This document shows positions 26,964 through 36,732 of a DNA stretch of 51,556 bases, piece by piece. The position numbers and the translations under genes were made by a program. Each line of letters begins with the position of its first letter. Position 1 is the stretch's first letter. Origin of the DNA: a virus (lineage: Duplodnaviria; Caudoviricetes); the IMG/VR virus record IMGVR_UViG_3300048778_000586, positions 1 to 51,556 of that record; one strand, written 5' to 3'. The notes under the pieces are model-generated. The model saw nothing but the letters and a program-made list of their open reading frames with translations, did not search any database and was not told the origin of the DNA.

Positions 26964-27758
26964 GTGCATGAAATTTCCTTTTCCGATGCGGTATGTCCAA
27001 CGCCGGTCGTGGTTTTGAAACTTCCGCTCCGGCCTTATTCACTTGGACATGAGGCTCTTCTGTGGCGTTTGCATAATCCTCTCCTGACGCTTACCTGGTC
27101 GCAGTTCAACGCACTTTCGTTGCAGCAGCAAATTCATGCCGTGCTTGATGCGGTCTGGATTTGTGCGAACACATGGAAACAAAACCAGGGTGAACCGTTC
27201 AGGCGATTGAAACTTAAAATCTGGCGCTGGCGGCTTGAGGGCGATAATTTTCCGCTGGGGATCGCCGAGTTTAGGAATTATCTCATCGCCGGACGGAAAC
27301 TTCCCAATGGTCCCACTGAACACGCGCTCAACGTGCTTTATCCCAAAGACGAGGTTCGCGGGCGCGCGCCCGGGTCGGCATTGCTGGCGCAGTTTTATAG
27401 TTTTGCGTGTTCGCCGGCGATGGAGACACAGAGGGAGGAATTTGGAATCCACCTCTCCCCGTCCCTCTCCCCCAAAAATCGGCGGAGAGGGAGAATAAGC
27501 GTTTGGGACATGCCGTATTCAATGGTTGGGCACTTGTATTTCACGGCTATGGAGATGGAGGGGAACGCGCGCATCGAGAATGACCAGGAACACGAGGAAC
27601 AGGCGGAGTTGGACAGGATTGAGAGGGAAATTGCGGAGGAAAAGAAAACCAAACACGGCGCGAAAGGGACTTCGCGCCCTACCAATTTAGCGACGCAAAT
27701 ACCAGAAGAACTTTTGAAAGATGGCGCGAAAGGGACTTCGCGCCCTACCACTGAATAA
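26964..27758 (+). CDS. putative tail assembly chaperone
   Basis: VLKLPLRPYSLGH N-terminus; directly upstream of the tape measure; three in-frame repeat inserts. Confidence 0.55.
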   Translation: MHEISFSDAVCPTPVVVLKLPLRPYSLGHEALLWRLHNPLLTLTWSQFNALSLQQQIHAVLDAVWICANTWKQNQGEPFRRLKLKIWRWRLEGDNFPLGIAEFRNYLIAGRKLPNGPTEHALNVLYPKDEVRGRAPGSALLAQFYSFACSPAMETQREEFGIHLSPSLSPKNRRRGRISVWDMPYSMVGHLYFTAMEMEGNARIENDQEHEEQAELDRIEREIAEEKKTKHGAKGTSRPTNLATQIPEELLKDGAKGTSRPTTE

Positions 27759-27760
27759 AT

Positions 27761-29776
27761 ATGCCAGCTTTGACGGCCATCATCGGTGCGAACGCCACGC
27801 AGTATAAAGCTGTGATGGGCGAGGTGGCGGCCATCTCTGAACGCTCGGCGGCGGCCACTCTTGCGGCGTTCAAGACGGTTGAAACCCAGTTGAAGGCGCA
27901 GATGCTCACGGTGGACACAGCCACCACCCAATGGGAGATGTATGCGTCGTCGCTGGCGTCCGTGCAGGCGGCCATGACGCGGACGAGCGTGGCATTGACC
28001 ATGGGTGGCACGTTACCGGATCTTTCCACGGTTTTTGCGGCGGCTCCAAACTTGTCGGCGGAGGAAAAATACATCGGAGAATATAAACGGTTGCTGGAGG
28101 AAAAGGACGCGGCCATAAAAGCATCTCGGGTGGCGAATATAGCCACGGCGTTAAGTGTGGCATCAATGGGCGGCATGGCATCGTCCTTTGGGGCTGGCGG
28201 CGGGCCGGGTGGCGGGTTGAGCGGTATCATGCGTGAAGTTTTTGTGATTGGCCGTGAATTCCTGAAGGGGAATTGGTCGCGCATCCCAGGTTCTGTCGTT
28301 TTGCTGGCGCAATACATGGGTGTATTGGGCGTGATGATCAAAAGCACGGCGCAAGCTGCTATTTTCCATGCCGCGGCGGAAAATAAACTCTCGGCGAGCA
28401 TGGCCAATACATTTTTAGCCGCCAATGCAAAGGCGCAGGCTTCAATGACCGCAGCGGAGGCAGAAAATTTTGACAATGCGGCGGCAAATGCTCTGGCAGA
28501 AGCCAATGAACGGGAGGCGGCAACGGCAGAAATGGCGATGCTGGCTCAGAATGAAAAGGCTCTGGCTGCGACCAATGCCGCCAAAGTAGAGTCGGCAGGT
28601 GCGATTACCAGCATTGGGCTATGGGGTTATGTGGCGGCGGCGGTGATTATGGTCGGCGTTGCAGCGTATTTAACGTGGCGACATTTCCGGGCGCTTGCTG
28701 TTGAGGCTAGGAACCTGGCTAATTTAATGAATCCGCTCAAGACAAGTATGAAATCGGCGACGGACGCTGAATTGGAAGCCGCCAAGGCGCATCAGGAATA
28801 CCTGGACAAGATGAAAAAGATTTCATCGGAAACAGAATCATTCATCGAAATTATTGACAAGGAAATCAAGGCATTTAGCGCATTGTCGAAGGCACAGCAG
28901 GAATTGGCACGGGCGCGCGGGGCAAGCGGGGTTGAAATTGAACGGATGGAAGAGGCGGAACTGGCGGCCGAACTTGAGATGTTAAAAGCCGCCAAAGCGA
29001 ATGCCGAGGTAAAAAGGGATGAAGCGAAGGCATCGGCGGATGCCGCACAGGCTGCGGTGGATCAATTTGACGTGGTGGATATGACTCAGAAAAAAGGCGT
29101 GGCCGAGAATGCAGGGCAAGTGTTGGAGGCCGTTCAACTAGCTGCGCAAACCGGCAATACGGGAGTTTGGCTGGATTTCTTCAAAAAAATTCAAACAGAA
29201 GGCGGCGGTGACAAGCCTATATCCACATTGGCACCAGCATTTAAGAATGCAGATTTTTTCAAAGGTATTGGATTAACAGGTACAGAGACTGTCAATCAAG
29301 CAGTTCAGAACTTCCCCATTTCCGGTGCAAAGGTTGGAGGTCAAGAACTACCAACGATGACTATTGGCGCAGCAGAGGCGGCTTACAAATCCGCCGAGAC
29401 GGAGGCGATCAATTTGGAACGCCAATACAAAGGGTTGGGCGATGCGACGAGTGAAGCTGTTGATGTCTATAAAAAAGCCAATGGTGAAGTCCTAAAGTTT
29501 GGAGATCAAGTGGATGAAACAGCACAGGAACTTGGCATCAAACAGAAATATGGCAGGGAGATTGCCGCGCTGCAAAAGGGCGGTGGCGGCGGACGCACTG
29601 AGGCGACGGCGCGCGAGCGGGTGGGCGTGGGCGCACCTCAGGTTGCGCTGCTGAACGTGGCGCAGCAGCAGTTGAGCGCCACGCGCGAGACGAACAGGAT
29701 TTTGCAGATCCACGCGCTGACCAGGGAAACCGCTGTCCATCGAGGAGAATCTGTGCGTGGTGAGGTGATTTTTTAA
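27761..29776 (+). CDS. tail tape measure protein (short, 671 aa)
   Basis: Ala-rich helical protein, LTAIIGANATQY start, hydrophobic segment and coiled coils. Confidence 0.75.
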   Translation: MPALTAIIGANATQYKAVMGEVAAISERSAAATLAAFKTVETQLKAQMLTVDTATTQWEMYASSLASVQAAMTRTSVALTMGGTLPDLSTVFAAAPNLSAEEKYIGEYKRLLEEKDAAIKASRVANIATALSVASMGGMASSFGAGGGPGGGLSGIMREVFVIGREFLKGNWSRIPGSVVLLAQYMGVLGVMIKSTAQAAIFHAAAENKLSASMANTFLAANAKAQASMTAAEAENFDNAAANALAEANEREAATAEMAMLAQNEKALAATNAAKVESAGAITSIGLWGYVAAAVIMVGVAAYLTWRHFRALAVEARNLANLMNPLKTSMKSATDAELEAAKAHQEYLDKMKKISSETESFIEIIDKEIKAFSALSKAQQELARARGASGVEIERMEEAELAAELEMLKAAKANAEVKRDEAKASADAAQAAVDQFDVVDMTQKKGVAENAGQVLEAVQLAAQTGNTGVWLDFFKKIQTEGGGDKPISTLAPAFKNADFFKGIGLTGTETVNQAVQNFPISGAKVGGQELPTMTIGAAEAAYKSAETEAINLERQYKGLGDATSEAVDVYKKANGEVLKFGDQVDETAQELGIKQKYGREIAALQKGGGGGRTEATARERVGVGAPQVALLNVAQQQLSATRETNRILQIHALTRETAVHRGESVRGEVIF

Positions 29777-29937
29777 TTATGACCCCAATTTTTCATCCGC
29801 AGATTACGCAGATTAACGCAGATTTTTGATAAGGAAAACAGGAAGATATGAAAAAAAATGAATAGTGCGGCGCGCAGCGGAGTGCGCGCCCTACCGCGGA
29901 CGCATGAGCCATGCGTCCCTACCTATAAAATTTGATT

Positions 29938-30870
29938 ATGCCGAGCCAAGTTTATCGCGGTCTCAGTGTGCCGGTCCTGAAATCCCAAGACTGGGATTGG
30001 GATCAGTCCAGCGGTTATACGATGGACCAACAGTATGATGGTTTCGATGTCAGTGCCATGGTGCGGCTGGCAAACTGGTATAATTCCTACGGTGTCACCA
30101 GCCACTTACACCTTGAAGGCGGTCGCGCAACACTGATCACCAAGGACGCCACCGGGAATTACACAATTGACAAGTGGGAGATGGCCGTGGATCAGAGCCA
30201 GCCGAGCATCTTTGAAAATACCTTATTCAACACGCTCATCAGCGATGGAACCGGCACCGCCGCAGCGACCGTCACGGACAAAAGCAAGGTGATCACCATG
30301 CTACGGATTGCCCTGGAAAACAGCAACCCCACCAATAGCGCAAGCGCGTGGAATGGGTTGACCCAAAATCCCCTGATTACTTACGAAACCGATGGTGATG
30401 GGAATGTCACAACGTCTTCAGCCGGAAATACCGAGGCCGCTGAATTTCTTGCGGCGCTGGGCGCGGATTTTACCGGCAATACCGCCAAGATGAAGCAGTT
30501 GAAACAGTATTTTGACGATTACAATCTCGGCGTGACCAACTTCATCAGCGGCCGTTATACGCTGCGCCATACGACGAATGCTCCTAACCGGTGGTCTGCG
30601 AATGTAGCGGATTTTAATGTGGAAAAGGTTTATACCATCGCTCAATTATTGAGCGAGGTGCAAAACGCCAATCTCTGGGTTTTGCCGCTGCCGGGGTATC
30701 TGGCCTATAAAATCGCCAATTATTTCATCCCGAACCTGCGCGGGAAGAATTACGTATGGGGCGCACTCAAGGAACGGAGCAGCGCGGTCACAGCGGCCAA
30801 TAACCGCATCGAGATCACCACGGAATACCTGATTGACCAGATCAATACGAATCTTTATCCGATGATTTAA
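29938..30870 (+). CDS. putative distal tail / hub protein
   Basis: Follows the tape measure; synteny only. Confidence 0.45.
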   Translation: MPSQVYRGLSVPVLKSQDWDWDQSSGYTMDQQYDGFDVSAMVRLANWYNSYGVTSHLHLEGGRATLITKDATGNYTIDKWEMAVDQSQPSIFENTLFNTLISDGTGTAAATVTDKSKVITMLRIALENSNPTNSASAWNGLTQNPLITYETDGDGNVTTSSAGNTEAAEFLAALGADFTGNTAKMKQLKQYFDDYNLGVTNFISGRYTLRHTTNAPNRWSANVADFNVEKVYTIAQLLSEVQNANLWVLPLPGYLAYKIANYFIPNLRGKNYVWGALKERSSAVTAANNRIEITTEYLIDQINTNLYPMI

Positions 30871-30974
30871 GCCACAGATGAATATAGATTTTACGAACAC
30901 CTCACCCCGACCCTCTCCCCGCATGGCGTGGAGAGGGAGAAGCGGCGCGATAGGGACATCGCGCCCTACCTAAA

Positions 30975-31367
30975 ATGGGTGGTTATATTCCAAGAAAACC
31001 ATCGGGCAGGAACATCAACAGTGCGGCGGTGATGTTCATGCGCGCGGTTTGGGATTATTTGTGGGGTGGAAAATTCCCGTTCATTGACACGGACACGGTG
31101 AAATGGGACAGGTCGAGCAGAGGATATGCCGCCCATGCCAAGCAAGGTCGCGGCGGCGGCACTTCCTCGCCGGCGACATTGGACATCACCGGGGAATGGG
31201 ACCCGACACGGACGTATAGCTTGAACCAGATCGCTGTCATCAGCATGGGCAGCAATGCCGGCACTTATGTCTATATCAATGCCACAGCTTCAAGCGGCCA
31301 TGCGCCCTACGCCGGCGGCGGCTGGTGGATGCAGTTGCCCATGGGGCAGTTGGGGACGTGGATGTAA
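30975..31367 (+). CDS. tail protein with a CBM5/12-like C-terminal module
   Basis: GEWDPTRTYSLNQIAV...P...GGWW. Confidence 0.5.
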   Translation: MGGYIPRKPSGRNINSAAVMFMRAVWDYLWGGKFPFIDTDTVKWDRSSRGYAAHAKQGRGGGTSSPATLDITGEWDPTRTYSLNQIAVISMGSNAGTYVYINATASSGHAPYAGGGWWMQLPMGQLGTWM

Positions 31368-31480
31368 ATGGTTGAGGGTTGAAGGTTGAGAGTTGAGAAA
31401 TGGTTGAGGGTTGAAGGTTGAAGGTTGATAGAATAAAAAATAAAGTCTCAACCTAAAGGTTGAGGTTACAAGGAAAAAAT

Positions 31481-31756
31481 ATGAGCGATGTTGTAACTCA
31501 AAAATGCGCGGTGTGCGGGGTGCTTAAAACGCCCGATAATTGCACCGATGCCATGCCATGGACACGGATTTTCGGGGCGACCACCGGAAATTCGGCACAG
31601 CCCATTCAGGTGTTTCGTCCGCAGGTTCCGGGTCAGCCGGCCCGACCTGGAAATTTGAACAGCCAAGCGCTTGATTTTTGTTTTGTGTGCGGCCCGAAGA
31701 CGACGGTGGATCAATTGCCGGGATTAGTTGGAAAGTCAGTAGAAAGTAGTCAGTAG
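31481..31756 (+). CDS. small zinc-finger protein
   Basis: CAVC...DFCFVC. Confidence 0.5.
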   Translation: MSDVVTQKCAVCGVLKTPDNCTDAMPWTRIFGATTGNSAQPIQVFRPQVPGQPARPGNLNSQALDFCFVCGPKTTVDQLPGLVGKSVESSQ

Positions 31757-31785
31757 AAAGTAGTCAGCAGCAAACAATATAAATC

Positions 31786-34431
31786 GTGCCAACAAGAAGT
31801 GCGAAAATAATACAGGCCGACATGGACGCACTGGCCACGCTGGCCAACACGAATCTTCTGCCTCTAGTCAATGCGAGCGTGGCGGCGTCAACGTGGCCTG
31901 CTCATGCTTACAGTGTTTATTCTTCTGGAGTTTACCCAACAGGCACACTCGCCAATCCACAACCGCCTTATGATTTCAGCGGTTCATCGGCAAACTGGTT
32001 GAGCACGTTGAACCGGATTCGAGGGGATTATTGGAATCTGGTCTTTGGGACATCAGGTTCTCCACCGACGCCAATCAATGCCGATTTATATTTGAGTCCA
32101 GACAACATCGTAAGCGGGCCATGGGTGGTGGGCGTGAATGACCCTGATATTTTTCCTCCTAATCCAATCGGCATAGCGCTTGATTATATTAGTGGTGAAT
32201 CCAATTTTGTTGGTGTGTTCATTCGTTCTTCGTTACAAGGGGTTTTATTTGGATTTAAAACAGCAGACACATACGGAACAGGCGGTCTTTTTACATTTCA
32301 AGCAATGCCCGCTTTTAAGAATGTAAAATTTTACTTTGCGGATACCGATGTTAATTCTAGTTTTTCAGTTCAAACAGGGCGGCGCATAGGCCTTGTAATA
32401 GCAAATGGAACCAGCAGCGACGCCGAAGGATTCACAATTCCCTTTACAGCCAATGTCGCCGGTCACCTTAATGCCACATTGCAAACATCATTCAGCGGTA
32501 GTACAACTCCTCCCAATGTCTCGGATTTTACTTTTACCGATACATCGTCGGTGGCAATTACTTGGTCGGTCGTGAACGGAACAAGTCCGGGGAATTATTT
32601 TCTATTCGGTGTCATCAATGAGGACGTTCCGACAGGGGATGGCACAATCAATTTTTCAGTAACCGCGCCGGGCGGATTTTCATTTCCCGGCGCACCAGGA
32701 GAGGAGCCGACTTTCAATCTTATTACAATTGCGGCTGAAATTATCTTTTCCGCCGTGAGCGCATCGTCTGACGCTACCGTAATCCATCCAACAAAGTCCG
32801 GAAAATCCATTGCAGCAAATGACATGCCAGTTAATTCAGATTTCTTAGTAAATGGAATTTATTCCATCTCAATCTGGAAAATATCAGACCCGACCGTCCA
32901 CGGAGTATGGGTGGCCAACACACTGCCGGTGCCGGGGAACAATGTGTTCATTGACCAGGACATCCCGCCGTATGTTGGCGAATACGGTGAATCGGAAGAT
33001 TCAAGTCCCATCGCGGTTTCCGGCAGCATTGTTGGAGGTGAGGGTGGCGGTCCTGGTGGATTAGCCATGTATTTCCTTGATAATCCGCCCATCGGACAGT
33101 TGGATAACACAGGACCAACCCTGGCGAGTTCGATGCGGCAACAGGCGTTGCTGCGGCATGGCGATAAGATGCAGTATGAATGGATCCTCCTTGATCTCGG
33201 CCCGAAATATAATCTCATCGGCCAGTCCGTCCAGTGCCAGCCCGCTCAATGGGCGGTGAAACGGAACATGGATTTCGTGCCGTTCAATTACGGGTTTAAT
33301 AATTCGTCCGAGAACACTTGGACAGATCAGGTTGCGACCAAGGACGGTTCGCTGAATTATTACAACATTTATTTGGGCGGTGGCGGTGCGGCCGCAATCA
33401 AAATCCGGCTGGTCGCCGCCGGCAGCACGAATGTCGGCTGGACAAACGGCGTCATCGGTTACGGCGATGTGCCGCCGGACGGGTTGAAGATTGTTGTCAC
33501 GAAAAGCCCCAATTATCCCAGCGCGTCTGTCTATGATTTTGAGAAGGACGATAACAGCGTCACGATTTTGTTGAACAGCCGGCTATCCGATGGCGGGATG
33601 GCGTATCTGGCGGCGGCCATTGCGGACGGTGGCATCAATTTTGCCGTTCTGAACACAAACCCGGATGCGGATGCGGAGTATGACCTGTTCATCGAGATTG
33701 ATTTTGAGCCGAACCTGCAACGGCGATATTTTCCGTCGCCGGGCACGAAGGAATGTTTCAGCCATTGCATTGACGGGACACCGCCGGGCAACTTGGATTC
33801 CTTTGCGGTCAACAAACCCATCCCACAGAACGGTTATTGCATTTTCAAGGTGCGCGCGACGCGGATGCCGGTGGCGAATAGCGCAGGCAAGATGATCACG
33901 CCGTCGAGCGGCGATGAAATCAATATCGTGCTCGGCCAAAATAAATTGCAGCCGGATGGGACGCTGAAGTTCGCGCCATTCCTGACCGGCCAGCAGGACA
34001 TCGGAGCTGGCGATGCCGGCACCGGTGCCGGAGACGGCGGCGCGGGTGCGGGCGGCGCGGCCGGGCTTTCGACCATCACCATACCCGCCGATGCGCGTGA
34101 TAGCGGCGATGTGGAGGTGTTCATCCCCGTGCTGGGCGGCAACGAACTTGTCTGGCAGTGCGATGAGATGGTGATCGTGGAGGCATGGGCGAACTGGCAA
34201 CCGGTGTTTTTTGCGCCGATTTATGGGTATTACGAGAATGAGGATACCAGCTTGGCGTCTTTTGATGCCACGGCGTTTCAGTATTGCTCCGCATTCTCGA
34301 ATTGGTTCGTGACCTGGCTGTCAAATAACACGGGGTACGGTGGATACGGAGGGTTGCCGGCTACGCGCACGCAGTTTCCGATGGGGGTGGAGATTTTCAA
34401 TGACCTTGAAGCATGTTTAAACCTGATTTGA
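31786..34431 (+). CDS. large tail tip / structural protein
   Basis: 881-aa beta-rich ORF in the tail module. Confidence 0.6.
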   Translation: MPTRSAKIIQADMDALATLANTNLLPLVNASVAASTWPAHAYSVYSSGVYPTGTLANPQPPYDFSGSSANWLSTLNRIRGDYWNLVFGTSGSPPTPINADLYLSPDNIVSGPWVVGVNDPDIFPPNPIGIALDYISGESNFVGVFIRSSLQGVLFGFKTADTYGTGGLFTFQAMPAFKNVKFYFADTDVNSSFSVQTGRRIGLVIANGTSSDAEGFTIPFTANVAGHLNATLQTSFSGSTTPPNVSDFTFTDTSSVAITWSVVNGTSPGNYFLFGVINEDVPTGDGTINFSVTAPGGFSFPGAPGEEPTFNLITIAAEIIFSAVSASSDATVIHPTKSGKSIAANDMPVNSDFLVNGIYSISIWKISDPTVHGVWVANTLPVPGNNVFIDQDIPPYVGEYGESEDSSPIAVSGSIVGGEGGGPGGLAMYFLDNPPIGQLDNTGPTLASSMRQQALLRHGDKMQYEWILLDLGPKYNLIGQSVQCQPAQWAVKRNMDFVPFNYGFNNSSENTWTDQVATKDGSLNYYNIYLGGGGAAAIKIRLVAAGSTNVGWTNGVIGYGDVPPDGLKIVVTKSPNYPSASVYDFEKDDNSVTILLNSRLSDGGMAYLAAAIADGGINFAVLNTNPDADAEYDLFIEIDFEPNLQRRYFPSPGTKECFSHCIDGTPPGNLDSFAVNKPIPQNGYCIFKVRATRMPVANSAGKMITPSSGDEINIVLGQNKLQPDGTLKFAPFLTGQQDIGAGDAGTGAGDGGAGAGGAAGLSTITIPADARDSGDVEVFIPVLGGNELVWQCDEMVIVEAWANWQPVFFAPIYGYYENEDTSLASFDATAFQYCSAFSNWFVTWLSNNTGYGGYGGLPATRTQFPMGVEIFNDLEACLNLI

Positions 34432-34751
34432 ATAGTTGAAAGTTGAGGGTTGCAGGTTGAGGGTTAATAGAAGGAAACGGCCACCTCACCCCGGCCCTCT
34501 CCCCCATGGGTGGAGAGGGAGAAGTCAGCAGGGTGTTGAGGGTTGAAAGTTGAGGGATAAATAAGAAAAAAGGCCACCTCACCCCCGCCCTCTCCCCGCC
34601 GGGCGCGGAGAGGGAGAAAATTTTAACCACGGATGGACACGGATATACACGAAGCGGCGCGATAGGGACATCGCGCCCTACCTACCTTTGACTTTAGAGC
34701 GTTTCTGACCCATGCTTCGTCCCGCATTGCGGGACTACGCAGGGCAAGACT

Positions 34752-35363
34752 ATGGCTGCCACACAAATCACTCTCGTTATTGACCGCCAAAATCGCGTGC
34801 TGGTCCAGTCCGGCGCCAGCGTAGCGCAGTTGCCCGCACTCTCCCAACGCGATGCCGTGGCGTTGCTCATCCAGATCGCCGACCCGGCCACCGGCGTCGG
34901 CAGCGCCGTCAACATCCTCGCCACTGATGATATCAGCACGGGCAGCCTGCGCGTGACGGTATCGCAAAAGGCCACAGGAACCGCCGGTGACGAAAATGAA
35001 TGGCTGCTCGCCAAGTTGCGCGAGGCGGATTTTACCTGGGACGCCGCACAATCCGGTTTCACCGCTGTCTTGAACCTGAACACGGTGCAAATGCAGAATT
35101 ATATCGCCGCGGCGGAATCGTGCCAGGCCGAGTTCGAGGTGCGCTATTCCAAGGGCGGTGCTTTATCCACGCTCCTTCCCGGGCCGAAAAACAAGGTCAC
35201 GATCTGGGCGAATGACGATGAAGGCGCGGACGTGGCCGTGGACATCTTACTGGGCGTGCCGACGTTCACGCTGCCAGTGCAGTTCCGGGATCCGGCCAGC
35301 GGCGAACTTTACGCGCTCACTCGGACGGCGCCGGGCATGGTGGCGTTTGATTTGGTGCCGTGA
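34752..35363 (+). CDS. tail adaptor (BppU-like) protein, paralogue of 41775..42497
   Basis: Shared LVIDRQ...LP.L.Q...L.[IF].D...SQ..TG..NE...LA...E.DFTWDA....FT..L.LNT..M. Confidence 0.55.
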   Translation: MAATQITLVIDRQNRVLVQSGASVAQLPALSQRDAVALLIQIADPATGVGSAVNILATDDISTGSLRVTVSQKATGTAGDENEWLLAKLREADFTWDAAQSGFTAVLNLNTVQMQNYIAAAESCQAEFEVRYSKGGALSTLLPGPKNKVTIWANDDEGADVAVDILLGVPTFTLPVQFRDPASGELYALTRTAPGMVAFDLVP

Positions 35364-35373
35364 AATGGTTGAG

Positions 35374-35618
35374 AGTTGAAGGTTGAGGGTTGAGAGTTGA
35401 AGAAGGGAAAGGCCACCTCACCCCGGCCCTCTCCCCCAGAGGTGGAGAGGGAGTTGAAGGTTGAGGGTTGAGAGTTGAAGAAGGGAAAGGCCACCTCACC
35501 CCGGCCCTCTCCCCCAAAGGTGGAGAGGGAGTTGAAGGTTGAGGGTTGAGAGTTGAAGAAGGGAAAGTCCACCTCACCCCGGCCCTCTCCCCCAGAGGTG
35601 GAGAGGGAGTTGAAGGTT
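35374..35618 (+). repeat. 3 x 78-bp tandem composite of family A and family D
   Basis: G[GT]CCACCTCACCCC recurs at 35411, 35489, 35567. Confidence 0.95.
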
Positions 35619-35792
35619 GGTAAATGGTTGAATGTTGAATGTTGAAAGTTCGGCGCGATAGGGACATCGCGCCCTACCTTGAATGGTTGAAGGAAGAAAC
35701 TTAATCCGCAGATTACACAGATTAACGCAGATTTTGAATAAGGAAAGCAGACTCAGCCTAAAGGCTGAGGCTACAAGGATACACACGAATTT

Positions 35793-36668
35793 ATGAAAAG
35801 ATTATTTTTGACGCTGGGTTTGGGGGTCGGACTTTCAATCCTCAATTCTCAATTCTCGACCGCTTTTGCCATCGGCACGAACCAGACGGTTTCGGCGACC
35901 ATCACCATAACCAACCCACCGACCGGTATGCTCGGGGAATGGATTTCTATTCAGGGAAATGTTTATACATGGACGAATGCCGCTCCCACTTACGGCCAGA
36001 TTCAAAGCGTTTCCAACGTATTGAGTTGCAGCATTTCACCCACGAATTCCTGGTTACTCACCAACGCGCCCATTGGCAATACCAACCTCAACGGTTGGTG
36101 GAACCTCTGGTTCACCAATTCCAACGGCGATATTTATCTAACGAATAAACTGCACACGACCACTAATTTTTTGTATTTGGTTAATTATATTAACATCGGA
36201 ATCCCTGAAAGTGAATGGATTATTGATCCTATCACGAACGATGTGCCTGATTATTTTCAAAGTCTATTTTACGCATCCCCCGTAAATTATCTTTGCAATT
36301 CAGATATAACCAATTGGTTTGACAATAATACTGAAAATCGAGTGCCGATTGTCCTTAAAAATTTCCGGTCATCCATAAATTCCGCAGTAATCCCCAGCAC
36401 CGTCAACCTATTTAATCAATTGACCAATGACTGGTCCACGAGTCTGCGATTTGCTTACACAAGCGGCACGAGCTTTACGATTTCCACGTTTGTCAATAAA
36501 TCCCTGAGCATCAGTAATTCACCCGGATGGATGACGCTGACGCTGACGAATAATATCATCACCGGCGGCAATACTCCGGCTACGATGACCGTTTCCAATT
36601 TGTCGGTGCATTCGCTCACGTTGCTGGATAATACCAACGGGCCGAATACGATCACGAGTTGGCCGTAA
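35793..36668 (+). CDS. secreted T/N-rich tail-module protein
   Basis: Signal MKRLFLTLGLGVGLSILNSQFSTAFA; shares a domain and C-terminus with the next gene. Confidence 0.7.
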   Translation: MKRLFLTLGLGVGLSILNSQFSTAFAIGTNQTVSATITITNPPTGMLGEWISIQGNVYTWTNAAPTYGQIQSVSNVLSCSISPTNSWLLTNAPIGNTNLNGWWNLWFTNSNGDIYLTNKLHTTTNFLYLVNYINIGIPESEWIIDPITNDVPDYFQSLFYASPVNYLCNSDITNWFDNNTENRVPIVLKNFRSSINSAVIPSTVNLFNQLTNDWSTSLRFAYTSGTSFTISTFVNKSLSISNSPGWMTLTLTNNIITGGNTPATMTVSNLSVHSLTLLDNTNGPNTITSWP

Positions 36669-36732
36669 AATGGTTGAGAGTTGAAGGTTGAATGTTGAGA
36701 GATTTACCACAAAGACACGAAGACACAAAGAC

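Noticed and set aside
26964-27761. Programmed -1 frameshift in the tail chaperone
   Set aside because: A single ORF reaches the tape measure, and I saw no convincing slippery site with a second frame.
35374-35618. 78-bp periodic hairpin array as a CRISPR or attC array
   Set aside because: Units are nearly identical throughout, with no spacers, ORFs or paired AAC/GTT cores.
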